Shown: positions 39,373 to 48,479 of the stretch, piece after piece
Layout: each line of letters starts with the position of its first letter
How positions within the stretch are numbered: the stretch's first letter is position 1
Assembly: GCA_963720545.1 (NCBI GenBank)
Contig: OY970399.1
Location: forward strand, 1,952,001 to 2,016,000
Source: an uncultured Acidobacteriota bacterium
GTDB taxonomy: Bacteria > Acidobacteriota > Vicinamibacteria > Fen-336
Reading direction: 5' to 3'
Length of the DNA stretch: 64,000 nt
The notes under the pieces: model-generated
Database searches by the model: none
The model's input: only the letters and a program-made list of their open reading frames with translations
What the model was told of the DNA's origin: nothing
Program-made: the position numbers and the translations under genes

Positions 39373-40059
39373 TCAGCCGCTGGTTCGCTTCGGCTGCTTC
39401 GACGGCTTCGGCTTCCTCGCCTTCTTCGGCTGGTTGTCGATGCTCTGCCACAAGTACCAGGACGCGATGGTCCGGTAAGGGCTCCACGAGCGCGATTGCT
39501 TGTGCATCCAGTCGGGCTTCGGCAGCGCACGCTTGCGCCAGGCAAGCTGCATGGCCTTGCGGATGCCGAGGTCGCTCACCGGCAGGATGTCGAGCCGCTG
39601 CAGCCGGAACATCAGGAACACCTGCGCCGTCCAGCGGCCCACGCCCTTGACGGCGGTCAGCGCCTCGATCACCTCGTCGTCGCTCATGCGCGACAGGCGG
39701 CGGCGGTCGAGCGTCGTCTCCGCGTGCTCGGCGAGGCTGCGAATATAGGCGGCCTTCTGCCGCGACAGGCCCACGGCGCGCAATGCCTGGTCGCTCGACG
39801 CGAGAATCGGCGCCGGGGCCAGGGCGCCGCCGCACAGCGCCTCGAGCCGGCGCAGGATGGCCGCGGCCGCAAAACCGGAAATCTGCTGATAGACGATCGC
39901 GGACGCGAGCGCGGCGAACGGCGCGGTCTTGCCGTCGTTCGCGTAGCGGCATGGGCCGACGCCTGCGATGAGCCGCGCCAGCACCGGATCGGCGGCGCGC
40001 AGGTGGCGCACCGCGGCGAGGAGGCTCGGTTTCGCCTGCGCCTTCCTTTTCTTACGCAA
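39373..40059 (-). CDS. DNA-3-methyladenine glycosylase (HhH-GPD, AlkA family)
   Basis: SAIVYQQIS; GLSRQKAAY; LTAVKGVGRWTA; DLGIRKA; WSPYRTIASWYLW. Confidence 0.9.
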   Translation of the reverse strand: MRKKRKAQAKPSLLAAVRHLRAADPVLARLIAGVGPCRYANDGKTAPFAALASAIVYQQISGFAAAAILRRLEALCGGALAPAPILASSDQALRAVGLSRQKAAYIRSLAEHAETTLDRRRLSRMSDDEVIEALTAVKGVGRWTAQVFLMFRLQRLDILPVSDLGIRKAMQLAWRKRALPKPDWMHKQSRSWSPYRTIASWYLWQSIDNQPKKARKPKPSKQPKRTSG

Positions 40060-40061
40060 CG

Positions 40062-41240
40062 TCAGGCCAGGAGCAGGACGTCCCGCTGGATGTCGCCGGT
40101 GATCTCGGCGAAGCCATCGCCGACGTACATGTCGATCTCGCTGCGGACGCCGAAATCCTTCAGGTAGACGCCGGGCTCGATCGAGAAGCACACGCCGGGA
40201 ACCAGCGAGCGCTCGTCGCGCGTCTCGAGGTTGTCGATGTTGACGCCGTTGCCGTGCACCTCGTAGCCGATCGAATGCCCGGTGCGGTGCAGGAAGTTGT
40301 CGCCGAAGCCGCACGCCTCGATGAAGCGCCGCGCCACGTCGTCGACGTCGGCGCCGCGCACCCTGCGCCGCGCCGCGGCTGCATCCTTGACGAAGGCGAC
40401 CGCGGCATCGCGCGCGCCGCTCACCGCCTGCCATACCTCCTCGATCCGCTCCGGGACCTGCGGTCCGCAATAGCCCATCCAGGTGGCATCGTAGTAGACC
40501 GCGCGCTCGTCGCCCGCGACCTTCGCCCAGAAGTCGATGAGCACCAGGTCGCCCTTCTTGATGACGCGATCGCCCGGCCCCGGGCCGGTCTCAAAATGCG
40601 GATCGGAGGCGTGTTCGTTGACGGCGACGATCACCGGATGGTCGGCGAAGAGGCCCTGCTCTGCGAAGCGGCGGCCCATGAACGCCTGCACTTCGCTTTC
40701 GCGCAGCTCGCGCCCGGCGGCGAGCGCATCGCGAATGAGCGCGAACGCCTCGTCCTTGGCGCGGGTGCAGCCTTCTGCGGCGCGGGCGTGCAGCTGCCGC
40801 TGTTCCGTAGTCCAGCGCGACTCGAATTCCTGCACCAGGTCGGCCGAGGTGACGACCTCGGGGCCGAGGCTGCGAATGAGCTCGACGGTGCCCGCGTCGA
40901 CGCGCGCCACGTAGGGCACGGCCGCCATCGGCGAGTACTCCATCGCCACCTTCGCCATGCCCTTGAGGTGCTGGCGCAAGCCGTCCTCGAGGTCGCGCCA
41001 CGAGCGGTAGATGACCAGGACGCCCGGACAGCCCTTGAGCGCCGCCGGCTCGATCGCGTGGCAGAACTTCACCGGCTCACCCTGCGCCTTCACCAGGTAG
41101 AACCAACGCCGGGTGGCGATCGTCTTCGAGTCGAAGCCGACGACGGCGCGCGCCACGGGATTGCTGCCGCGAAAGTCGTAGAGCAGCCAGCCGTCGATCG
41201 CCGCGGCCGAAAGCGCGGCCTTGATGCCCTCGATGTCCAT
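40062..41240 (-). CDS. M24 family metallopeptidase (Xaa-Pro aminopeptidase-like)
   Basis: GWLLYDFRGSNP; HASDPH; IDFWAK; HRTGHSIG; SIEPGVY; GVRSE. Confidence 0.9.
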   Translation of the reverse strand: MDIEGIKAALSAAAIDGWLLYDFRGSNPVARAVVGFDSKTIATRRWFYLVKAQGEPVKFCHAIEPAALKGCPGVLVIYRSWRDLEDGLRQHLKGMAKVAMEYSPMAAVPYVARVDAGTVELIRSLGPEVVTSADLVQEFESRWTTEQRQLHARAAEGCTRAKDEAFALIRDALAAGRELRESEVQAFMGRRFAEQGLFADHPVIVAVNEHASDPHFETGPGPGDRVIKKGDLVLIDFWAKVAGDERAVYYDATWMGYCGPQVPERIEEVWQAVSGARDAAVAFVKDAAAARRRVRGADVDDVARRFIEACGFGDNFLHRTGHSIGYEVHGNGVNIDNLETRDERSLVPGVCFSIEPGVYLKDFGVRSEIDMYVGDGFAEITGDIQRDVLLLA

Positions 41241-41338
41241 GGAAGACGCTCCTTGCGGGGTGCTGATTATACTTTCGCCGGCGCACGACCCAGGCGACAC
41301 CACCGGAACTTCGATACTTCGAACAGGGAGAGCCAAGG

Positions 41339-43279
41339 ATGAAGAGGGTGAAAATACTGCTGGCCAGCGCGATGCTGCTGGCGGCGTCGCTGCTGCCGGC
41401 GCAGACGGGCGAGGTGGTCCCGAACGAGAACCTGGTGGCCGACGGCATCCCGAAGATCCCGGCCGAGATCGCGGCGGCGGCCGGCCGCTACTCGGAGCTG
41501 CGTTCGGCCACCTTCAACACCTGGCACCCGGCGCGGCGCGAGATGCTCGTCATCACCCGCTTCGGCGACACGCCGCAGGTGCACGAGGTCAAGGCGCCGG
41601 GCGCGGCGCGCACGCAGTTGACGTTCTTCGCGGACCGCGTGGCGGGGGCCGCGTACGGCACCAAAGACGGCGACTCGTTCGTCTTCTCCAAGGACACGGG
41701 CGGCGGCGAGTTCTACCAGCTCTACCGCTTCGTGCGCGCGACCGGCGAGGTCACGCTGCTCACCGACGGCAAGGCGCGCAACACCAACCCGGTGTGGTCG
41801 TCCGCCGGTGATCGCATCGCCTACAGCTCGACGCGGCGCACCGGCCAGGACAGCGATATCTGGATGATGGACCCCAAAGACCCGAAGACCGACCGGCTCG
41901 TGGCACAGGTCGAAGGCGGCGGCTGGGGAGTCGAGGACTTCGCCCCCGACGACAAGTCTTTCGTCCTCGGCCAGCGGATCTCGGCGAACGAGTCGTACCT
42001 GTGGCTTGTCGACACAGCCACCGGCAGCAAGAAGCTGCTGACGCCGAAGACCGCCAACCAGGTCGCATACCAGGCGGCGAAATTCGCGAAGGACGGCAAG
42101 TCGCTCTTCGTCGTGACCGACAAGGGCTCGGAGTTCGCGCGGCTCGTGCGCCTCGACCTCGCGACCGGCAAGGAGACGGTCCTCACGAGCGCCGTCCCGT
42201 GGGACGTGGACGGGTTCGAGCTCTCGACCGACGGCACGCTCATCGCGCTCGTCACCAACGAGGACGGCGTCGACGTGCTGCGCTTCGTCGACACCGCGTC
42301 CGGCGTGCTGCGGCCCGGCCCACAGCTGCCGAAGGGCATCATCGGCAGCCTCGCCTTTCGGCCCGGCAGCAAGGAGATCGGCCTGACGCTCTCGAGCGCG
42401 CGCTCGCCCGCCGACGCGTACTCGATCGACGCGACCACCAACAAGCTCGAGCGCTGGACCGAGAGCGAGATCGGCGGGCTGAACGCCGCGTCCTTCGCGG
42501 AACCGGAACTGGTCCGCTGGCCGAGTTTCGACGGCAAGACGATCTCCGGCTTCCTGTACACGCCGCCGGCGAAGTTCAGTGGCCCGCGGCCGCTCATCAT
42601 CGACATCCACGGCGGTCCCGAGGGCCAGTCGCGGCCCGGCTTTCGCGGCCGCACCAACTACTACCTCAATGAGCTGGGCATCGCGGTCCTGTACCCGAAC
42701 GTGCGCGGGTCTTCGGGCTACGGCAAGACCTTTCTGGCGCTCGACAACGGCGTGTTGCGCGAAGACTCGGTGCGCGACATCGGTGCCGCCCTCGATTGGG
42801 CCGGGACCCGCAAGGACCTGGACACGGCGCGGATCGCCGTCACCGGCGGCAGCTACGGCGGCTACATGACGCTGGCGGTGGCGACCAGGTACAGCGACAG
42901 GATCCGCTGCGCGGTAGACGTCGTCGGCATCTCGAATTTCGTCACCTTCCTCGAGCACACCGAGGCGTACCGGCGCGACCTGCGGCGCGTCGAGTACGGC
43001 GACGAGCGCGACCCGAAGATGCGCGAACACCTCCTGAAGATCGCGCCGATGACGAACGCCGCGCAGATCGCCAGGCCGCTCTACGTGGTGGCGGGCCGCA
43101 ACGACCCGCGCGTGCCGTTCACCGAGGGCGAGCAGATGGTCGCGACGGTGCGCAGGAACGGCGTGCCCGTCTGGTACCTGCTTGGCAAGGACGAGGGCCA
43201 CGGGTTTGCGAAGAAGCAGAACCAGGACTTCCAGCTGTACTCGACGATCGCCTTCTACAAGGAGTACTTGCTGAAGTGA
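41339..43279 (+). CDS. S9 family prolyl oligopeptidase / acylaminoacyl peptidase, exported
   Basis: Signal peptide; beta-propeller; IHGGPE; NVRGSSGYG; GGSYGG; NDPRVP; DEGHGF. Confidence 0.95.
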   Translation: MKRVKILLASAMLLAASLLPAQTGEVVPNENLVADGIPKIPAEIAAAAGRYSELRSATFNTWHPARREMLVITRFGDTPQVHEVKAPGAARTQLTFFADRVAGAAYGTKDGDSFVFSKDTGGGEFYQLYRFVRATGEVTLLTDGKARNTNPVWSSAGDRIAYSSTRRTGQDSDIWMMDPKDPKTDRLVAQVEGGGWGVEDFAPDDKSFVLGQRISANESYLWLVDTATGSKKLLTPKTANQVAYQAAKFAKDGKSLFVVTDKGSEFARLVRLDLATGKETVLTSAVPWDVDGFELSTDGTLIALVTNEDGVDVLRFVDTASGVLRPGPQLPKGIIGSLAFRPGSKEIGLTLSSARSPADAYSIDATTNKLERWTESEIGGLNAASFAEPELVRWPSFDGKTISGFLYTPPAKFSGPRPLIIDIHGGPEGQSRPGFRGRTNYYLNELGIAVLYPNVRGSSGYGKTFLALDNGVLREDSVRDIGAALDWAGTRKDLDTARIAVTGGSYGGYMTLAVATRYSDRIRCAVDVVGISNFVTFLEHTEAYRRDLRRVEYGDERDPKMREHLLKIAPMTNAAQIARPLYVVAGRNDPRVPFTEGEQMVATVRRNGVPVWYLLGKDEGHGFAKKQNQDFQLYSTIAFYKEYLLK

Positions 43280-44244
43280 GAAGCCCTGCCGCGATACGGG
43301 CAGCGATCACAGCGGCGTCGCTGGCGCTGGTGGCAGCGGGCAGCAGCACGGCGGCGGCACCTCCCTGGCGCGCCGATCATCACCTGCATCTCGCGACCCC
43401 CGACCTGTGCGCCCGCGTCGGCGAATGCCTGGAGACCAACAGCCCCAGCGCGGTTTATGCAGTCGATGCGGTGCGGGCACTCGATGCGGCCGACGTGTCG
43501 AAGGGCGTCGTCTTGTCGTGCGCGTATCTCTACGGCCTCCCCAACCTCAAGCTCGCTCCACCCGAAGTCGCGCGGCTGACCCGGCTCGAGAACGAGTTCA
43601 CCGCTGCCGAGGTCGCGAAGTTTCCCGGACGGCTGGTGGGGTTCCTGTCGGTCGATCCGCTCGAGGCATCGGCACTCGTGGAACTGCAACACTGGCGCGG
43701 CAGCAAGGAGCTGACCGGACTGAAGCTGCACTTGACGGCCAATGGCGTCAACCTGCGCCGCGCAGGCGAACGGCGCCGCGTCGCCGCCGTGGTCGCTGAG
43801 GCCGCCCGCCAGCAGCTGCCGATGGTGATGCACATCGGCGGCGGTGCTTTTGGCGCGGCCGAGGCCGAGCGGTTCATAAAGACCATCCTGCCGAGCGCCG
43901 GCGATTCCTGGGTGCAGATTGCGCACGCTGCCGACGGTCTGCCGCTTGTCGGCAACAACCATGTTGCGGCGCTGCGGGTGTTCGCCGACCACATCGAGCG
44001 GAACGATCCGGCCACCCGCCGCGTGCTGTTCGACCTCTCGTACGTCCCCGATCCCGACGAATCCGCGAACACCGTGAAACACCTGGTTCAGCAGATGCGG
44101 CGGATCGGCGTGGCGCGGTTCGTCTTCGGTTCGGATTTCAACGTACTGACGCCAGCGATTGAAAAGGAGCGCCTGCGCCGCCTCGAACTGACGCCCGTCG
44201 AATGGGACACCATCCGCAACACCTGCGCGCCGTGGGCTTGCTGA
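43276..44244 (+). CDS. Amidohydrolase family protein, exported
   Basis: DHHLH; GFLSVDP; GLKLH; VMH; IAH; FGSDF; GTGA overlap. Confidence 0.8.
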   Translation: MRSPAAIRAAITAASLALVAAGSSTAAAPPWRADHHLHLATPDLCARVGECLETNSPSAVYAVDAVRALDAADVSKGVVLSCAYLYGLPNLKLAPPEVARLTRLENEFTAAEVAKFPGRLVGFLSVDPLEASALVELQHWRGSKELTGLKLHLTANGVNLRRAGERRRVAAVVAEAARQQLPMVMHIGGGAFGAAEAERFIKTILPSAGDSWVQIAHAADGLPLVGNNHVAALRVFADHIERNDPATRRVLFDLSYVPDPDESANTVKHLVQQMRRIGVARFVFGSDFNVLTPAIEKERLRRLELTPVEWDTIRNTCAPWAC

Positions 44245-44502
44245 ACCGGCATTTCGGTTTCAGAAAGACTGTTTCAGGGGGTGGGCTGAGGCGGTCACAG
44301 TGGCGCAAAGTCGTTGATTCGAAAAGGGGCGAAAACGGACAAGTGTCCGCTTGATGGCCGGAGAACGGACATCGACCAATCGGTGTCTTAAGCTGCGACA
44401 GCCGTTGGTTTGTCTCGAGCTCAATTCATTGGCTTGTAGATAAATGTCAGGACCCGCCGGCGGGTTGAATGAACCCTGGCCGGCGTTTGTAATGGTGGTG
44501 GG

Positions 44503-44508
44503 TATAAT
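44503..44508 (+). promoter_or_regulatory. Consensus sigma-70 -10 hexamer (TATAAT) upstream of the TPR gene
   Basis: GGTATAAT in an AT-richer ~325-bp intergenic region, about 60 bp before ATG 44570; no clear -35. Confidence 0.45.
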
Positions 44509-44569
44509 GCCGGCTTCATTGTTTGGCGCAGTCATCAAATTTGATATCCCGACAGAAGGATTACTTTCA

Positions 44570-46618
44570 ATGAAGAGACTAGTGGCTGCCTTTCTCGTGT
44601 TGTCGGCCGCAGCGGCACAATTGGCCCGCGCCGACCAGAAGGTCGATGACGCCGTAGCCAAGGCCCAGCAAAGCATCGCCAAGGGCAAGCCGGAGGAAGC
44701 GGAAAAGAACATCCTCAAGCTGCTGAACGGCGGCGCCGGCCCGGAAGCCTACGTCGCCGCCGCGCGCATCCAGGAGCAGGTGGGGAACATCGATGGCGCG
44801 CTCGCCACCCTGTCGAAGGCACCTGCCGGACCGGACACGCTGGCCGCGCAATCGGCGCTGGCGCTGCGCCACGGTTCGAGCAAGGACGCTCTCGCCAAGG
44901 CCCAGGCCGCGGTGCAGGCGGGCGCAACCGCCTCGAGCCTGGCCGCGCTCGCGAAGGCGCAGGCGCGCAGCGGTGACACGGCAAACGCCCTGGCGAGTGC
45001 CGACAAGGCTGTGGCTGCCGGAAATACCGGCGACGCCAACGACGCCCGCGGCGCCGCGCTGCTCGCCTCCGGCAAGGCCGCCGACGCCGTCGCCGCGTAC
45101 CGCAAGGCGGTCGAACTGGACGCGACCAACAACACCGCCAAGCTCGGCCTCGCCGAGGCTCTCGTCGCCGACAACAAGGCCGCGGAAGCGGTGACGGTTG
45201 CGAAGGGCGTTGCCGACACCGACCCGCGCAACGGCGAGGCGTTCGCGGTGTGGGGCAAGGCGATCCTGGCGCAGAACCCGAAGAACGCGGCCACCTGGGC
45301 CGAAGCAATCGGCCAGGCGCAGCAAGGCGCTTTCCTTCATGCAAAGAACCCGAAGGTCTACTACATCGTCGGCCAGATCTTCGAAGCGCAGCCGAACCGC
45401 GCCCAGGCTCTTGCCAACTACAAGAAGGCGCTCGAGGTCGATCCGACGTTCACGCCAGCCGCGACGGCCGCTGGCAAGCTCGAATTCGCGCAATTGATGG
45501 CCGACCCGAAGAAGGCGCTCGAGCCGGTCAAGAAGATGGCGGCCGAGCAGCCGCAAAACGGCGAGATTCAGCTGACCGCCGGCAAGGTGGTGATGCTGAA
45601 CGGCGACATGGCGGGCGCCATGCCCTACCTCGAGAAGGCGACGCAACTGCTGCCGAACAGCGCCGAGGCGTGGGCGCTCCTAGGCACCGTCTACAGCTCG
45701 GTTCCCGGCAAGGGCGAACTGTCGATGGGCGCCTACGAGAAGGCGGTGCAGTTCGATCCCACGAACGCCGACTACGTCGAGTCGTACGCGCTCTTGCTGG
45801 GCCTCTCCAAGCAGGCGCCGAAGGGCATCGAGCTGCTGAAGAAGGTGGTTGCGCAGCCCGGCTACAAGAGTGCCGATGGCTGGATGAACCTCGGCTGGCT
45901 CTATCGCAACAGCGAGCCGAAGCAGCCGGCGGAAGCGATCGCGGCGTACAACAAGGCGATTGCGCTCGACCCGAAGAACGTGCAGCCCTACCTCGGCATC
46001 GCCTGGTCGCACATGTACAACAAGGAAAGCGATCCGGCGATCGCGGCGTTCCAGAAGGCGATCCAGCTCGAGCCCAAGGTCGAAGGCGAAGGCCAGGACG
46101 GGATCGCCTGGGCGCAGTACTTCAAGAAGGACATGGAGGGTGCCAAGGCAACGCTCGCGAAGGCGGAAGCGGCGGGCCGTCCCGACCAGCGCCTGAAGGA
46201 CACGATCGGCAAGTACGAAGAGGCCGTGCGCCTCAACGACGAGGCGGCGAAGAAGGCGGTCGAGAACGTGCAGGCGCAGGACGAGAGCCCGTGCGGAGCC
46301 GCGATTTCGGCGGCGAGCGGCGGCGCCGCGGCGCAGATGCGGGCGGCCGGCGTCCTCCCCAAGTGCGGCGCGGCGGGCGCGTCGGCGCTCGTCTACATCG
46401 TGCGCGGCCGCAACCCCGGCCCGATCGGCGCGGCCTGCAACGCACTGGGTGCGATGGGTGCATCGGCCGGCAAGAACGCGGTCGACACCGTGAAATGGTT
46501 CTCGACGCAGCAGGCGGCGCCGCTGCCGATGGATGCGCCGCGCGCCGACATGGAGCGCGAACTCGCGATGGAAGACGCCCGGCGTTCCTGCGCGGCAGCG
46601 CTGCGCAAGATGGGCTAG
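44570..46618 (+). CDS. Exported tetratricopeptide repeat protein
   Basis: Signal peptide MKRLVAAFLVLSAAAAQLARA; many TPRs (AVAAYRKAVELD, ANYKKALEVDP, AYNKAIALDP). Confidence 0.9.
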   Translation: MKRLVAAFLVLSAAAAQLARADQKVDDAVAKAQQSIAKGKPEEAEKNILKLLNGGAGPEAYVAAARIQEQVGNIDGALATLSKAPAGPDTLAAQSALALRHGSSKDALAKAQAAVQAGATASSLAALAKAQARSGDTANALASADKAVAAGNTGDANDARGAALLASGKAADAVAAYRKAVELDATNNTAKLGLAEALVADNKAAEAVTVAKGVADTDPRNGEAFAVWGKAILAQNPKNAATWAEAIGQAQQGAFLHAKNPKVYYIVGQIFEAQPNRAQALANYKKALEVDPTFTPAATAAGKLEFAQLMADPKKALEPVKKMAAEQPQNGEIQLTAGKVVMLNGDMAGAMPYLEKATQLLPNSAEAWALLGTVYSSVPGKGELSMGAYEKAVQFDPTNADYVESYALLLGLSKQAPKGIELLKKVVAQPGYKSADGWMNLGWLYRNSEPKQPAEAIAAYNKAIALDPKNVQPYLGIAWSHMYNKESDPAIAAFQKAIQLEPKVEGEGQDGIAWAQYFKKDMEGAKATLAKAEAAGRPDQRLKDTIGKYEEAVRLNDEAAKKAVENVQAQDESPCGAAISAASGGAAAQMRAAGVLPKCGAAGASALVYIVRGRNPGPIGAACNALGAMGASAGKNAVDTVKWFSTQQAAPLPMDAPRADMERELAMEDARRSCAAALRKMG

Positions 46619-47202
46619 GCGCGATAAGGCGCCAGCACCGTGGCGACATCGCCCACGGCGTTGGCGCCGCGCTTTTCGAACGCACCGAGGAGCGGCGCGC
46701 CGTAGAGGATGCTGAGCAGCACGTGCGCCAGCGCGCGCGTGTCGCAAGGGCGCAGGCTTCCCGCCGTCACAGCTTCGTCGAGCAGCGCGCGTAGTTCTTT
46801 TTGAATGGTTTCGGCGCGCGCGTTTAATACCTTCTTGAATGCCGGATCCGACAACCCGAGCTGCACGAAGCCGAGCTTGTTGCACGTCATGCGGGCAGCG
46901 CGATTGCTCGCGGACGCCATCGACCAGATTTTTGGATCGAGGCGCAGCAAGGCATCGAGCGCCGATGACGAGGCAACGCGGTGCTCGCTGAACTCGCGCA
47001 CGATGCTGGCGGTGCCCTGCACCGCGACCGCGAGCAGCAGGCCCTTCTTGCTCTTGAAGCGCTGCAGCAGCGTTGCCGGCGCCAGGCCCACCTCCTCGGC
47101 CACGTCGGCGAGGCGCAGGTTTTCGGGCCCGACCCGCAGGATCACCTCGAGGGCGCCTTGCAGGATTTCTTCGTCGCTTGCGGTCTTGATGCGGGGAGAC
47201 AT
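46615..47202 (-). CDS. TetR/AcrR family transcriptional regulator
   Basis: SDEEILQGAL...LRLADVAEEVGLAPATLLQRFKSK HTH; divergent from the RND operon. Confidence 0.9.
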   Translation of the reverse strand: MSPRIKTASDEEILQGALEVILRVGPENLRLADVAEEVGLAPATLLQRFKSKKGLLLAVAVQGTASIVREFSEHRVASSSALDALLRLDPKIWSMASASNRAARMTCNKLGFVQLGLSDPAFKKVLNARAETIQKELRALLDEAVTAGSLRPCDTRALAHVLLSILYGAPLLGAFEKRGANAVGDVATVLAPYRA

Positions 47203-47209
47203 GTTGTCT

Positions 47210-47229
47210 ATAAATGAATCGTCATTTAT
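47210..47229. promoter_or_regulatory. Probable TetR operator (inverted repeat)
   Basis: ATAAATGA-ATCG-TCATTTAT, 8 bp upstream of the tetR ATG and overlapping an AT-rich TATAAT-containing segment. Confidence 0.7.
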
Positions 47230-47332
47230 TATAAGACCGCGCCGAACGTTTGGCCACACCCTGTCGTATTCTCGAAGAGGGATGGCCCGCTCGGGCCTCC
47301 CAAGACCCCAATCTGGCGGACCCTAAGGAACC

Positions 47333-48475
47333 ATGGACAAACGACACCTCAGTACTGCTCTCATACTGCTCGCCGCGGCGATCGGCGGCGCTTGCGGCGG
47401 CAACAAGGGCCAGGCGCAGGGCGGTCCGCCGCCGATGCCGGTGGAAGCCGTCACGCTCGAGCCGAAGCCGGTGGAGCAGGTCACCGAATTTGTCGGTGTG
47501 GTGAAGTCGCGCCGTTCGACGCTGGTGCAGCCCATGGTCGAGGGCTTCATAACCAAAATAATGGCCAAGTCGGGCGACACCGTGCGCCCGGGCACCCCCC
47601 TGCTCACGATCGACGCGGGCATGCAGCGCGCCGCGGTCGCCAACATGGAATCGCAGCGCGCCGCGCGCGCCGCCGACCTGCAGTACGCGCAGCAGCAGGC
47701 CGAGCGCATGAAGAAGCTGGTCGATGCCGGCGCCTCGAGCCAGTCGGAGCTCGAACAGGCACAGACGGCGCTCGCCACCAGCGAGGCGCAGCTGCGCGCC
47801 TCCGAGGCGGCCACGCGCGAGCAGCGCGTCTCGCTCAACTACTACCGCGTCACCTCGCCCACCGCCGGCGTCGTCGGCGACATCCCGGTGCGGGTGGGCG
47901 ACAGCGTCAAGCGCGACACGGTGCTGACCACGGTCGACCAGAACGGCGGCCTCGAGGTGTACATCAACGTGCCGGTCAAGGAAGCGGGCCGCCTCAAGGA
48001 AGGCCTCTCGGTGCACCTCGTCGACGACGATGGCAAGAAGATCGCCACCGAGAAGATCACGTTCGTCTCGCCTTCCGTCGACCCCGCGACCCAGTCGGTG
48101 CTCGCCAAGGCGGCGCTCCCGCAGGGCAACTTCCGCACCGAGCAGTTCGTGCGCGCGCAGGTGGTGTGGACCCAGGAGCCGTCGCTCACCGTGCCGGTGA
48201 CCTCGGTGGTGCGCATCAACGGGCAATACTTCGCCTACGTCGTCGATGCCAACGGCGGCAAGCCGGTGGCGCACCAGCGCGCGGTCGAGCTCGGCACCAT
48301 CGTCGGCAACGACTACATCGTGCGCGCGGGGCTGAAGGCTGGGGAGATCCTTGTGGTCGCGGGCATCCAGAAGATCGGCGACGGTGCGCCGGTGACGGCC
48401 AGCTCCCCGGCGCCGCCGCCCGAGAACCCCAGACCGCCGGCCGCCGCGGCCGCGGAAAACGGGAAAGGCGAGTAG
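47333..48475 (+). CDS. RND efflux periplasmic adaptor subunit (lipoprotein)
   Basis: Lipobox IGGAC; lipoyl/coiled-coil MFP layout; GLKAGE. Confidence 0.95.
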   Translation: MDKRHLSTALILLAAAIGGACGGNKGQAQGGPPPMPVEAVTLEPKPVEQVTEFVGVVKSRRSTLVQPMVEGFITKIMAKSGDTVRPGTPLLTIDAGMQRAAVANMESQRAARAADLQYAQQQAERMKKLVDAGASSQSELEQAQTALATSEAQLRASEAATREQRVSLNYYRVTSPTAGVVGDIPVRVGDSVKRDTVLTTVDQNGGLEVYINVPVKEAGRLKEGLSVHLVDDDGKKIATEKITFVSPSVDPATQSVLAKAALPQGNFRTEQFVRAQVVWTQEPSLTVPVTSVVRINGQYFAYVVDANGGKPVAHQRAVELGTIVGNDYIVRAGLKAGEILVVAGIQKIGDGAPVTASSPAPPPENPRPPAAAAAENGKGE

Positions 48476-48479
48476 CACC

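Noticed and set aside
36751..40059. Functional link between the BMC shell and dinB/alkA
   Set aside because: dinB has its own -10 box (TACAAT) and no encapsulation peptide, and alkA is convergent; adjacency alone is insufficient
44281..44345. c-di-GMP-I riboswitch-like words (GCGCAAAG, GAAA)
   Set aside because: Order and pairing do not match the GEMM consensus
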